Assembly (NCBI GenBank): GCA_964016885.1
Contig: OZ024740.1
Span: forward strand, 49,910,001 to 49,974,000
Source of the DNA: Eledone cirrhosa
Taxonomy: Eukaryota
Length of the DNA: 64,000 bases
Direction of reading: 5' to 3'
The notes under the pieces: generated by a model
The model's input: only the letters and a program-made list of their open reading frames with translations
What the model was told of the DNA's origin: nothing
Databases searched by the model: none
Program-made: the position numbers and the translations under genes
Part shown: piece after piece, positions 1-12,835 of the stretch
Layout: each line of letters starts with the position of its first letter
Position numbering within the stretch: the stretch's first letter is position 1

Positions 1-26
1 GCGCAACACATACACACATACACATA

Positions 27-60
<34 letters not shown>

Positions 61-412
61 CATACACACACACATAGACTCATATATATATATATACACA
101 TACACATACATATATAAACATATATATCCACACACTCATACCACCATAAATACACATACAAACACCCACATGTATATATATATATATATACATATATATC
201 CACATACACACACGTACACACATATATATATATATATATATATACACATACACATATATATATACGCACACATAAAAAACAGACATGCACATATATATAT
301 ATATATATATATTTCATTACTCTTATATATACACATAGTATATATACATACACAACCTCACTTATACACATATACACATAAGTTATATTACAATAATAAT
401 AAAGAATAATAT

Positions 413-445
<33 letters not shown>

Positions 446-555
446 CATACATACATATATATACATACATACATACACATACATACATACACATAAATAT
501 ATACATACATAAATACACACATACGAATAAAGACATATATTCACACATAGACACC

Positions 556-587
<32 letters not shown>

Positions 588-2386
588 TCTATATATATAT
601 ATATACATATATATATGTATATATATATATACACATACACACACACACACACACACAGACACACATACACACTCACATATATATATATATATATGTGTAT
701 GTGAGTGTGCGCAAATACACATATATATACACACACACATACAAACACACACAAACACATACATATGCATACGTGCACACACACACACATATATCACATA
801 GATACGAAGATAAACATATAAATAGAGAGACATACAAATATATACAGAACCCATATACACATACATACAAACACGCATATACATATACATACATATATAC
901 ACATACATATATTCCTATATACAAGCATACACATACATACACATATATACATATACATACACATATACATACCACACATTCACATACACATACATATATA
1001 ATACATATATATACATATATATACATACATATGTATGTACAATCATATATACACACTCAATCTTACATTCATATTAACATGCTCATATATGTATTTTATA
1101 TTTAGAAATAAATACCAAAACCTATATATACACCCACCTACACATATATTCATACATATACGCTTACAAAAACAGATGATAATAGTATGGGGGAAAGGGG
1201 GGGTTTGGAGAAGGGGATCAAAGTAAATATATGTTTCAAGAAACATATAATATTTTCCGTATCTTAATTCAATGTATGTTCTTACATATTTTCAGTGCTA
1301 GGAAATACGAAATCTATGCATCTCAAAATAAAAAAGTATACCATTAATCATATGTTAACTAAACCAAAGATAGTCAACATATTGATTTCCAAGGTGTAAA
1401 TTAGTTAGGTTTATAATATTTGAAGCAGAATTATGAAGTCAAACAGTAGTAGATTATTAATTACATTATAACTAAATTAAAGTTAATAACGTTATGGTAT
1501 CAATATTAGGAGATGAATTTAGTAATAGGGAAAAGAAACCCAAATAAAAATAAAATAAAGTATTACATCGGTAGTAGCATATAAATTATATGTTAACTAA
1601 ATTAAAAATTATATATTTATTTCAATAGTATACGTTAATTAGTATATGTTAATTAGGTATACAATACATAAAGCAGATATTGTATTTCATCAATAGCATA
1701 ATATAATTATATGCAAATAAAAATCAAAATTAATACGCATACATATACATATACATACACATACACATACATATACATATACACACATATATATATATAT
1801 ATAGACATATATACACATATATACATATATACTCACATAAACATACATACAGATACACATACACAACACACACATATACATATACATATAGATATACATA
1901 TCTTTTTCAAAAAATTGCACAGAATATATTAACTAGGTATATATCCAAAACACATCCCATTCTATGATTACATGACATTCTGCAATTCGTCTGTACAAGG
2001 ATACTAATTTTAAGCAAATTAAAATTAAAGTTTTAGGTTGATTAAAACTAAAACCAAATAATAAATATATTTCCAAAATGTATATTAATTAGGTCTATAA
2101 TACTAAAAATTCTTTCTCCGTCATTGGATACATGATATTATTTTGTTATATTTTATCTGTAAAAGAATTATAATAAAAAAAAAAAAAAAATTATAATAAA
2201 AGGTTAAAATAAATTAAAATTAAAATTAATCCATAAATTAAATTACTGAGTATATATTAGTAATATTTAAAGGTTTTTCAAAATTTATGATTACATAATA
2301 TTTTCTCATCTGTAATAAAATATTAATTAAATTAAATTTATAGGTTAACTAACATTTAAATTAAATTAAATTCTAGAATAATGTTA

Positions 2387-4078
2387 TTAATTAGGTTTAT
2401 AATATTTAAATGTTTTTTTTAGTTTATGATTACACGATATAATTAATTCCTGTCTTTTATTTAATAAGATATCCCTAGACTTCATTATTTCAAATAGTTC
2501 TTGGGAACATAATCTACATTCCTTTCTATTATTTTGATAAGGGGTGGCTCTTTTGAGCACACTCCAGGTCAAATCATATTTTATATTTTTATTTTTATAA
2601 CTATTGATTTTTTCTGCTAGAGATGTTGTATTAGCCAGTGCGGCATTTTTAAAGCTATGTTTGTGGGTATTATACCTTGTCTTAAAATTGTTAGAGGTAG
2701 CTCCTATATATGAGCAAATAGAATCTTTAGTTTTAACATTACATTTATAGACTATGTTGTTAACAAGACAATTCCCTTTTAATGGGCAGTTTGTTTTGTT
2801 TCTACAGTTACATCCTTTCGTTAATTCTGTATTTGAGGAGATATTATTGTTAATTTGATGTACTGGTGGTATACTTATGGTTTTCTTACATTTATATGCA
2901 TTATATGCACTTATATTTTGTTTTATGTTATTTGTTGTAGAGTATGAGAATTTAACTGTAGACCTATTTAAGATTTGATGGTATTTGTGGTTTGGCGGGA
3001 AGTTTTTCTCAAGGATATAAAAAAATTTTTTAGCAATATTATCCTTAACTTGTAAATTAAAAGGAGCATTATACCAAGTAACTCGTCTATTACGGTTTCT
3101 ATGTTGTTTATTATTTTTATTATTTTTATATGTTGTATCATGATTTTTACTAGGAGGATTAATGTTAATGATCTCACCACAACTATTTTTAGTTATATTT
3201 GTAGATTTAGGTGTTTTATCTTTTTTATTAGGAGTTTTATTATTAATATTTATTATAGTTGTATGATGAGTAGTTTTTTGAGGGTTACTATACTTTATAT
3301 TAGAAGATTTAGTATTTTGGGGTATACTGTGGGTGGCATTTAGGTGTATACTTTTCATTTGGTGTTTGTTGGTAATATTATGCTGTATGCTTTCAGTATT
3401 TTTAGTAGAAGGTATATACTCTAATCTATTTTTGTGGCCACTTCTATCTAGAGCTTCATTATAAAAGGTCGCATTTTTATCAAATACATCTTGGTTAGAA
3501 GAAAGGTTAGAAATTCTAAGTGATATATTATATGCAAGGTTTTTAAGGATAGATTTAGGGTGATTAGATTGTGAGTGTATGTAATGTAAATTTTGGTTAG
3601 GTTTATGGTAAGGTTGGTATATACCCGTAGCTAAATCTAAAGTTATATCTAGGAAATTTACTACTTTACTTGTTTTTTCAAAAGTAATATTAAGATTATA
3701 ATAGTCTTTAAGGAAAGTTCTAATATGCTTTTTGTTTTTTTCGATTTCTGAAAGGCTAAGGTTGTTAGAAAGAAGAAGACAGTCATCACGATATAAACCA
3801 CCTTTGAGGTGGGGAAAAGAGGCATTTATGTTGAAAAGGAGAAAGAGGCCCACAAGATCAGTAATTTGGGCGGAATCGCTTGAACCCATAGTAATATCAA
3901 ATATCAAATTTGATATTACTATGGGTTCAAGCGATTCCGCCCAAATTACTGATCTTGTGGGCCTCTTTCTCCTTTTCAACATAAATGCCTCTTTTCCCCA
4001 CCTCAAAGGTGGTTTATATCGTGATGACTGTCTTCTTCTTTCTAACAACCTTAGCCTTTCAGAAATCGAAAAAAACAA
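2387..4078 (-). CDS. Mirror copy of the truncated family A PLE RT/GIY-YIG ORF
   Basis: Nearly identical protein to 3732-5423, on the opposite strand. Confidence 0.9.
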   Translation of the reverse strand: MFFSISERLRLLERRRQSSRYKPPLRWGKEAFMLKRRKRPTRSVIWAESLEPIVISNLIFDITMGSSDSAQITDLVGLFLLFNINASFPHLKGGLYRDDCLLLSNNLSLSEIEKNKKHIRTFLKDYYNLNITFEKTSKVVNFLDITLDLATGIYQPYHKPNQNLHYIHSQSNHPKSILKNLAYNISLRISNLSSNQDVFDKNATFYNEALDRSGHKNRLEYIPSTKNTESIQHNITNKHQMKSIHLNATHSIPQNTKSSNIKYSNPQKTTHHTTIININNKTPNKKDKTPKSTNITKNSCGEIININPPSKNHDTTYKNNKNNKQHRNRNRRVTWYNAPFNLQVKDNIAKKFFYILEKNFPPNHKYHQILNRSTVKFSYSTTNNIKQNISAYNAYKCKKTISIPPVHQINNNISSNTELTKGCNCRNKTNCPLKGNCLVNNIVYKCNVKTKDSICSYIGATSNNFKTRYNTHKHSFKNAALANTTSLAEKINSYKNKNIKYDLTWSVLKRATPYQNNRKECRLCSQELFEIMKSRDILLNKRQELIISCNHKLKKTFKYYKPN

Positions 4079-5423
4079 AAAGCATATTAGAACTTTCCTT
4101 AAAGACTATTATAATCTTAATATTACTTTTGAAAAAACAAGTAAAGTAGTAAATTTCCTAGATATAACTTTAGATTTAGCTACGGGTATATACCAACCTT
4201 ACCATAAACCTAACCAAAATTTACATTACATACACTCACAATCTAATCACCCTAAATCTATCCTTAAAAACCTTGCATATAATATATCACTTAGAATTTC
4301 TAACCTTTCTTCTAACCAAGATGTATTTGATAAAAATGCGACCTTTTATAATGAAGCTCTAGATAGAAGTGGCCACAAAAATAGATTAGAGTATATACCT
4401 TCTACTAAAAATACTGAAAGCATACAGCATAATATTACCAACAAACACCAAATGAAAAGTATACACCTAAATGCCACCCACAGTATACCCCAAAATACTA
4501 AATCTTCTAATATAAAGTATAGTAACCCTCAAAAAACTACTCATCATACAACTATAATAAATATTAATAATAAAACTCCTAATAAAAAAGATAAAACACC
4601 TAAATCTACAAATATAACTAAAAATAGTTGTGGTGAGATCATTAACATTAATCCTCCTAGTAAAAATCATGATACAACATATAAAAATAATAAAAATAAT
4701 AAACAACATAGAAACCGTAATAGACGAGTTACTTGGTATAATGCTCCTTTTAATTTACAAGTTAAGGATAATATTGCTAAAAAATTTTTTTATATCCTTG
4801 AGAAAAACTTCCCGCCAAACCACAAATACCATCAAATCTTAAATAGGTCTACAGTTAAATTCTCATACTCTACAACAAATAACATAAAACAAAATATAAG
4901 TGCATATAATGCATATAAATGTAAGAAAACCATAAGTATACCACCAGTACATCAAATTAACAATAATATCTCCTCAAATACAGAATTAACGAAAGGATGT
5001 AACTGTAGAAACAAAACAAACTGCCCATTAAAAGGGAATTGTCTTGTTAACAACATAGTCTATAAATGTAATGTTAAAACTAAAGATTCTATTTGCTCAT
5101 ATATAGGAGCTACCTCTAACAATTTTAAGACAAGGTATAATACCCACAAACATAGCTTTAAAAATGCCGCACTGGCTAATACAACATCTCTAGCAGAAAA
5201 AATCAATAGTTATAAAAATAAAAATATAAAATATGATTTGACCTGGAGTGTGCTCAAAAGAGCCACCCCTTATCAAAATAATAGAAAGGAATGTAGATTA
5301 TGTTCCCATGAACTATTTGAAATAATGAAGTCTAGGGATATCTTATTAAATAAAAGACAGGAATTAATTATATCGTGTAATCATAAACTAAAAAAAACAT
5401 TTAAATATTATAAACCTAATTAA
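3732..5423 (+). CDS. 5'-truncated Penelope-like (Naiad-type) RT + GIY-YIG endonuclease, family A; real homology starts ~3909 and the first ~59 aa are antisense of the other arm
   Basis: Motifs FDITMGSSDSAQ, GLYRDD, VNFLDITLDL, YIHSQSNHP, WYNAPF, CNCRNKTNCPLKGNCL, IVYKC...YIGAT, RYNTHKHSF, CRLCxxE, LLNKRQE...CNH. Confidence 0.9.
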   Translation: MFFSISERLRLLERRRQSSRYKPPLRWGKEAFMLKRRKRPTRSVIWAESLEPIVISNIKFDITMGSSDSAQITDLVGLFLLFNINASFPHLKGGLYRDDCLLLSNNLSLSEIEKNKKHIRTFLKDYYNLNITFEKTSKVVNFLDITLDLATGIYQPYHKPNQNLHYIHSQSNHPKSILKNLAYNISLRISNLSSNQDVFDKNATFYNEALDRSGHKNRLEYIPSTKNTESIQHNITNKHQMKSIHLNATHSIPQNTKSSNIKYSNPQKTTHHTTIININNKTPNKKDKTPKSTNITKNSCGEIININPPSKNHDTTYKNNKNNKQHRNRNRRVTWYNAPFNLQVKDNIAKKFFYILEKNFPPNHKYHQILNRSTVKFSYSTTNNIKQNISAYNAYKCKKTISIPPVHQINNNISSNTELTKGCNCRNKTNCPLKGNCLVNNIVYKCNVKTKDSICSYIGATSNNFKTRYNTHKHSFKNAALANTTSLAEKINSYKNKNIKYDLTWSVLKRATPYQNNRKECRLCSHELFEIMKSRDILLNKRQELIISCNHKLKKTFKYYKPN

Positions 5424-7221
5424 TAACATTATTCTAGAATTTAATTTAATTTAAATGTTAGTTAACCTATAAATTTAATTTAATTAATATTTTATTACAG
5501 ATGAGAAAATATTATGTAATCATAAATTTTGAAAAACCTTTAAATATTACTAATATATACTCAGTAATTTAATTTATGGATTAATTTTAATTTTAATTTA
5601 TTTTAACCTTTTATTATAATTTTTTTTTTTTTTTATTATAATTCTTTTACAGATAAAATATAACAAAATAATATCATGTATCCAATGACGGAGAAAGAAT
5701 TTTTAGTATTATAGACCTAATTAATATACATTTTGGAAATATATTTATTATTTGGTTTTAGTTTTAATCAACCTAAAACTTTAATTTTAATTTGCTTAAA
5801 ATTAGTATCCTTGTACAGACGAATTGCAGAATGTCATGTAATCATAGAATGGGATGTGTTTTGGATATATACCTAGTTAATATATTCTGTGCAATTTTTT
5901 GAAAAAGATATGTATATCTATATGTATATGTATATGTGTGTGTTGTGTATGTGTATCTGTATGTATGTTTATGTGAGTATATATGTATATATGTGTATAT
6001 ATGTCTATATATATATATATATGTGTGTATATGTATATGTATGTGTATGTGTATGTATATGTATATGTATGCGTATTAATTTTGATTTTTATTTGCATAT
6101 AATTATATTATGCTATTGATGAAATACAATATCTGCTTTATGTATTGTATACCTAATTAACATATACTAATTAACGTATACTATTGAAATAAATATATAA
6201 TTTTTAATTTAGTTAACATATAATTTATATGCTACTACCGATGTAATACTTTATTTTATTTTTATTTGGGTTTCTTTTCCCTATTACTAAATTCATCTCC
6301 TAATATTGATACCATAACGTTATTAACTTTAATTTAGTTATAATATAATTAATAATCTACTACTGTTTGACTTCATAATTCTGCTTCAAATATTATAAAC
6401 CTAACTAATTTACACCTTGGAAATCAATATGTTGACTATCTTTGGTTTAGTTAACATATGATTAATGGTATACTTTTTTATTTTGAGATGCATAGATTTC
6501 GTATTTCCTAGCACTGAAAATATGTAAGAACATACATTGAATTAAGATACGGAAAATATTATATGTTTCTTGAAACATATATTTACTTTGATCCCCTTCT
6601 CCAAACCCCCCCTTTCCCCCATACTATTATCATCTGTTTTTGTAAGCGTATATGTATGAATATATGTGTAGGTGGGTGTATATATAGGTTTTGGTATTTA
6701 TTTCTAAATATAAAATACATATATGAGCATGTTAATATGAATGTAAGATTGAGTGTGTATATATGATTGTACATACATATGTATGTATATATATGTATAT
6801 ATATGTATTATATATGTATGTGTATGTGAATGTGTGGTATGTATATGTGTATGTATATGTATATATGTGTATGTATGTGTATGCTTGTATATAGGAATAT
6901 ATGTATGTGTATATATGTATGTATATGTATATGCGTGTTTGTATGTATGTGTATATGGGTTCTGTATATATTTGTATGTCTCTCTATTTATATGTTTATC
7001 TTCGTATCTATGTGATATATGTGTGTGTGTGTGCACGTATGCATATGTATGTGTTTGTGTGTGTTTGTATGTGTGTGTGTATATATATGTGTATTTGCGC
7101 ACACTCACATACACATATATATATATATATATGTGAGTGTGTATGTGTGTCTGTGTGTGTGTGTGTGTGTGTATGTGTATATATATATATACATATATAT
7201 ATGTATATATATATATATAGA

Positions 7222-7253
<32 letters not shown>

Positions 7254-7363
7254 GGTGTCTATGTGTGAATATATGTCTTTATTCGTATGTGTGTATTTAT
7301 GTATGTATATATTTATGTGTATGTATGTATGTGTATGTATGTATGTATATATATGTATGTATG

Positions 7364-7396
<33 letters not shown>

Positions 7397-7752
7397 ATAT
7401 TATTCTTTATTATTATTGTAATATAACTTATGTGTATATGTGTATAAGTGAGGTTGTGTATGTATATATACTATGTGTATATATAAGAGTAATGAAATAT
7501 ATATATATATATATATATGTGCATGTCTGTTTTTTATGTGTGCGTATATATATATGTGTATGTGTATATATATATATATATATATATGTGTGTACGTGTG
7601 TGTATGTGGATATATATGTATATATATATATATATATATACATGTGGGTGTTTGTATGTGTATTTATGGTGGTATGAGTGTGTGGATATATATGTTTATA
7701 TATGTATGTGTATGTGTATATATATATATATGAGTCTATGTGTGTGTGTATG

Positions 7753-7786
<34 letters not shown>

Positions 7787-8901
7787 TATGTGTATGTGTG
7801 TATGTGTTGCGCGTGTGTGTGTGTGTATTTATATCTTTTTATATGTGTATGTGTATGTTCGTGTAAATGTATGTGTGTGTATGACTGTATAGGTATGTGT
7901 GTATGTATGTATGTGTAAATATCTCTATGTGCGCGTACATGTATGTATGTGTATGTATATCTGTATGTGTATGTACATTTTATTATATTTATTATATTTT
8001 ATTGTTTTTATTTTTTTATTTTTCTTAATTTATAGATACATTTATATTAGGCAGTCTGGTCTGACAATCTAATACTGACCCCTCCCCCCCCCCTCCCACC
8101 TAATTTCTGTATCTTGATCTTGAATTGTGTGTGCCAGTGTTTTATGTGAGTGACTTAATTTCTATTTGCTTATGATTTTATATCCACATATATAAATGTG
8201 AGTGGGGGAGTGTGTGTGTTTGTATGTTCGTGGTTATGTGTATATTTATGCATATACGCACATGTATGTGTGATTATACTGATATGTGTGAGTATGAAAA
8301 AAATATATTTATATGCTTGACTCCATAAGTATCATTGCGTATCTTATCAGCGCATTAAGCTTACAGAGATATTAACCTTGAAATTTTGTGTTTGCATCCA
8401 TCTTTTTAGTATGCACATACAAATTATACACACATTATTGTAAAATATGTGTAAGGTTTTTACATGTATATACACACACCAAACTGCTTTTAACCCTTTG
8501 TGTTTTCATTGGTCAATTTTGAACTGATATTTTGAATTGTTGTTATTATCAATAAATATACTTCATTATTTCTGAAGACGGCGTATATATGAGTTAGGTA
8601 TGTATATTTAATCTTGATAATTTGTATAATTTTGTATAATTTTGTACATAGATCTGTTAAATATGCATACCAATTATAACACATATATGCCCTAGAAACG
8701 ATCGTTAAATAGTGAACTTTTTTTGTTTAATATAAGGAATTGTTTGTTCATTATTTGTTTAATATTTTATCTTGACTCTGTATACCGTTTATCTTTCACC
8801 GAAAGTGGATTTTCATTACATCTCTTCTTTCCATGATATCCGGAATACATTGAGTTCTTCATACGGATTGGACACTACCGTAAACTCTTGGTAGATTTAT
8901 C

Positions 8902-8905
<4 letters not shown>
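3909..8905 (+). mobile_element. Penelope-like element family A (5'-truncated) with ~3.5-kb 3' region ending in HHR, tail and (TA)n
   Basis: ORF, then long AT/microsatellite-rich UTR, HHR at 8562-8716, tail hairpin 8775-8855, (TA)n from ~8905. Confidence 0.75.
8562..8716 (+). ncRNA. Type I hammerhead ribozyme with very long stem II (family A)
   Basis: Stem I ttcattattt/aaatagtgaa; CTGAAGA 8572-8578; stem II ggcgtatatatg..ggtatgtatatttaa/ttaaatatgcatacc..catatatgcc; GAAA-CGATCG-TT with palindromic stem III. Confidence 0.8.
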
Positions 8906-8989
<84 letters not shown>

Positions 8990-8990
8990 A

Positions 8991-9028
<38 letters not shown>

Positions 9029-9053
9029 ATATATATATATATATATAAATATA

Positions 9054-9334
9054 TGGAAAGTTATATTTAAGTTGTTGGGTTACAACGAGTAAATATTTAT
9101 AACTGATATAAAAGCACTCAACAAGTATTTGGAGTATATTTACGATATTAAATAAATGGAAATTATATTTATAAAACCAAATTTATTTCATTATATATAT
9201 TTCAGGGATATCATATTAAAAATATGTTATGCCTTGAAGAAGGCATAACATATTTTTAATATGATATCCCTGAAATATATATAATGAAATAAATATGGTT
9301 TTATAAATATAATTTCCATTTATTTAATATCGTA
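9054..9334. mobile_element. Family D PLE 3'-end fold-back (long arm minus, short arm plus) within (TA)n/(TAAA) array
   Basis: ~95-bp arms around atgccttgaagaaggcat; same sequence as the ends at 46681, 49330, 52712, 53663 and 63001. Confidence 0.85.
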
Positions 9335-9456
9335 TATAAATATATATATATATATATAAATATAAATATATATATATAAATATAAATATATATATATAAA
9401 TATAAATATATATATATATAAATATATATATATATAAATATAAATATATATATATA

Positions 9457-9538
<82 letters not shown>

Positions 9539-9553
9539 AATATATATATATAA

Positions 9554-10519
<966 letters not shown>

Positions 10520-10534
10520 ACTAAAATTTTAGTC

Positions 10535-10586
10535 CAGAATTAGCCGTCGAAACGGCTTGAGCTCAGCCGTCGGGGTCCTACTCATT

Positions 10587-10590
<4 letters not shown>
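10535..10590 (+). mobile_element. Family E PLE 3' terminus carrying the 3' half of an HHR
   Basis: gtcGAAACGGC-ttgagctca-GCCGTC-ggggtcc then (TA)n; same terminus at 18425, 18985 and 19068-19202. Confidence 0.65.
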
Positions 10591-10644
<54 letters not shown>

Positions 10645-10649
<5 letters not shown>

Positions 10650-10869
10650 TAAAATAACAGATTAAAGTTTAACCAAAGAATCGCTGCTTTCACCCTTAAC
10701 GGGATCTTCTGAGTTTCAGAAGATCCCGTTAAGGATGAAAGCAGCGATTCTTTGCTTAAACTTTAATCTGTTATTTTAATAAATATTTGCTCTACGGTTC
10801 TTACATATCTGATATATATTTATCCTTATCGAGCCCTCTTTGGATTTTAGTCTTCAAATTTATTATTAA

Positions 10870-10873
<4 letters not shown>
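10645..10873. mobile_element. Family C PLE 3'-end fold-back with variant HHR (CAGAAGA core) at 10712-10762(+)
   Basis: Arms tttattaaaataacag...atcttctga / tcagaagat...ctgttattttaataaa; right arm extends ~90 bp further; (TA)n on both sides. Confidence 0.85.
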
Positions 10874-10903
<30 letters not shown>

Positions 10904-10930
10904 TTAATAATAAATTTGAAGACTAAAATT

Positions 10931-12835
10931 ATGTCAAAACTTGGCATTGAAAAAAAGACCGTACCATTCCTCCCAAGAACTCCGAGGATAAATCTCAAGG
11001 ATCACAAAAACAATTTTCGCACTGAACTACCTGTTAGATTAATCGCCCCCTCTAAATCTGATCTGGGGGTTGTTAGTAAAGCCATCTTGGATAGAATTAT
11101 CCCACAGGTTAGTTCTAATTGCTCTTCTTTGAACCTAAATTTATGGTTTGGTACTTCTGAAGTGATTGGCTGGTTCAACAAATTGGATAATAAAAACAAA
11201 CTAAAATTTATTCAATTTGATATTGCCAGCTACTATTCCTCCATTTCGGCTTCACTTCTCAATAATGCTCTATCTTTCGCACTTAAATATTCTGACATCA
11301 CCACAGATGAACTTCACATCATCCTCACCGCACGTAAAACCATCCTAGAGTTCAACAACGAATATTGGACCAGAGCCGATACCTCTAGCAACTTCGACAT
11401 CACAATGGGAGCATCCGATTCATCCCAATTGACTGATTTAATTGGTATCTTCATTTTGAACTCTTTGAGTCGGAAAATTCCTCAACTTCGCGGTGGAATT
11501 TATCGTGACGATGGACTCTTTACTATCCTAAATTGCAATATAGTTAACTTTAATATTATTAAGAACAATATACGTAATCTCTTTAACCAACATAACCTAA
11601 AAATTGAATTTGATAATAGTATCAAACTAGCTAATTTCTTGGATGTATCTCTTAATCCTGACACTGGCCTATATCACCCTTACCATAAAAACAATGAGAA
11701 CCTAAATTATGTTAACTTTAAATCTAACCATCCTACCAATATCAAGAATGCTATAGTTAGTAATATTGGAAAAAGAATATCTAACATATCTTCTAATAAA
11801 AACATCTTTGATGCTAACGCCAATTACTATAATAACGCACTTTCTAAAGCCGGCTATCCAGATAAAATCAAATATAGTAAAGAAACAAATTCTAGAAAAA
11901 CTTACAGTAGAATAATTAATCATGATCATTCCAATAATTTTAATAAAAGACCTAGATACAAAAACATAATCTGGTATAATGCTCCTTTCTCCATCTCTAT
12001 TAATAACAATATTCCTAAATTATTTTTTAGTGCCTTAAATAAATGCTTCCCTCCCTCACATATCTATAGTAAAATATTTAACAAACACACCATCAAATTT
12101 TCTTATTCTACATCCTCCAATATTTCCAACATCATCTCTAAACACAACAATAAAATACTAAATACTAAATCTCTTCCTTCCAACATTGAATTTCATAATA
12201 ACAGTAATAGTACTCCCGACGTCATTGTAAACCCTAGGCTAACTTCTGTAAACCCAAATACAACGTCAAACACAACTTCGCTAAATGTTCATAATCCAAC
12301 TCTAAATCAAGAAACTATTATTCCTATTATTCCTATCGCAAACAACTTCTCCAATCCAATTCCTTCTATAGATAACACTAGGTCACTCATTAATAATCTC
12401 TCTAATTGCAACTGCCGCATTAAAAATAAATGTCCTCTCAACAACCATTGTCTCGATAAAAACTTAATTTATGAATGTAAAGTTATAACTAGCACCAATT
12501 CCTTCACCTATTTTGGCTCCACTTCCACCTCTTTTAAAGCTCGTCTCTATAATCACCATTCATCTTTCAAATACAAACTTAAAAGAACCAACACGGCTCT
12601 CTCAGAACTCATATGGTCCTTGAAAGACAAAAACATTAAATATACCATCTTTTGGAAGAAGGTTTCTTCTGCATCCTCATACTTGAACAGCTCTCTATCT
12701 AAAATCTGTAATCTCTGCCTAAATGAAAAATTTACCATTATCTCTAATCTAGATTCTATAATAAATAGACGTACAGATTTGTTTTCTATCTGCCTGCATA
12801 AATTCCATAGGACTTTTCACAAAGTATACAGTTAA
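10931..12835 (+). CDS. Penelope-like (Naiad-type) RT + GIY-YIG ORF, family B; open frame, probably 5'-truncated (track start 10787 lies in flanking repeat)
   Basis: Motifs INLKDHKNNF, VRLIAPSKSDLG, FIQFDIASYYSSI, FDITMGASD, GIYRDDGL, NFLDVSL, SNHP, WYNAPF, CNCRIKNKCPLNNHCL, LIYEC...YFGST, CNLCLNEK, CLH. Confidence 0.92.
   Translation: MSKLGIEKKTVPFLPRTPRINLKDHKNNFRTELPVRLIAPSKSDLGVVSKAILDRIIPQVSSNCSSLNLNLWFGTSEVIGWFNKLDNKNKLKFIQFDIASYYSSISASLLNNALSFALKYSDITTDELHIILTARKTILEFNNEYWTRADTSSNFDITMGASDSSQLTDLIGIFILNSLSRKIPQLRGGIYRDDGLFTILNCNIVNFNIIKNNIRNLFNQHNLKIEFDNSIKLANFLDVSLNPDTGLYHPYHKNNENLNYVNFKSNHPTNIKNAIVSNIGKRISNISSNKNIFDANANYYNNALSKAGYPDKIKYSKETNSRKTYSRIINHDHSNNFNKRPRYKNIIWYNAPFSISINNNIPKLFFSALNKCFPPSHIYSKIFNKHTIKFSYSTSSNISNIISKHNNKILNTKSLPSNIEFHNNSNSTPDVIVNPRLTSVNPNTTSNTTSLNVHNPTLNQETIIPIIPIANNFSNPIPSIDNTRSLINNLSNCNCRIKNKCPLNNHCLDKNLIYECKVITSTNSFTYFGSTSTSFKARLYNHHSSFKYKLKRTNTALSELIWSLKDKNIKYTIFWKKVSSASSYLNSSLSKICNLCLNEKFTIISNLDSIINRRTDLFSICLHKFHRTFHKVYS

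Larger units (their letters stand above)
1..7812. repeat. Giant inverted repeat (fold-back) centred at ~3905; left arm runs off the window start
   Basis: Mirror ORFs 2387-4078(-) and 3732-5423(+) have coordinates summing to 7810. Window start gcgcaacaca is the reverse complement of tgtgttgcgc at ~7803-7812. Spacer is ~5 bp (3903-3907). Arms differ by a few substitutions (SQE vs SHE in the ORF; ~1463 vs ~6346) and microsatellite lengths. Confidence 0.97.

Noticed and set aside
3732-3908. Apparent novel N-terminus MFFSISERLRLLERRRQ... of the 563-aa ORFs
   Set aside because: It is the antisense strand of the opposite palindrome arm, open by chance.
10787-10930. N-terminal 48 aa of the 682-aa ORF
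   Set aside because: Derived from the family C tail, (TA)n and the inverted duplication; not part of the PLE protein.
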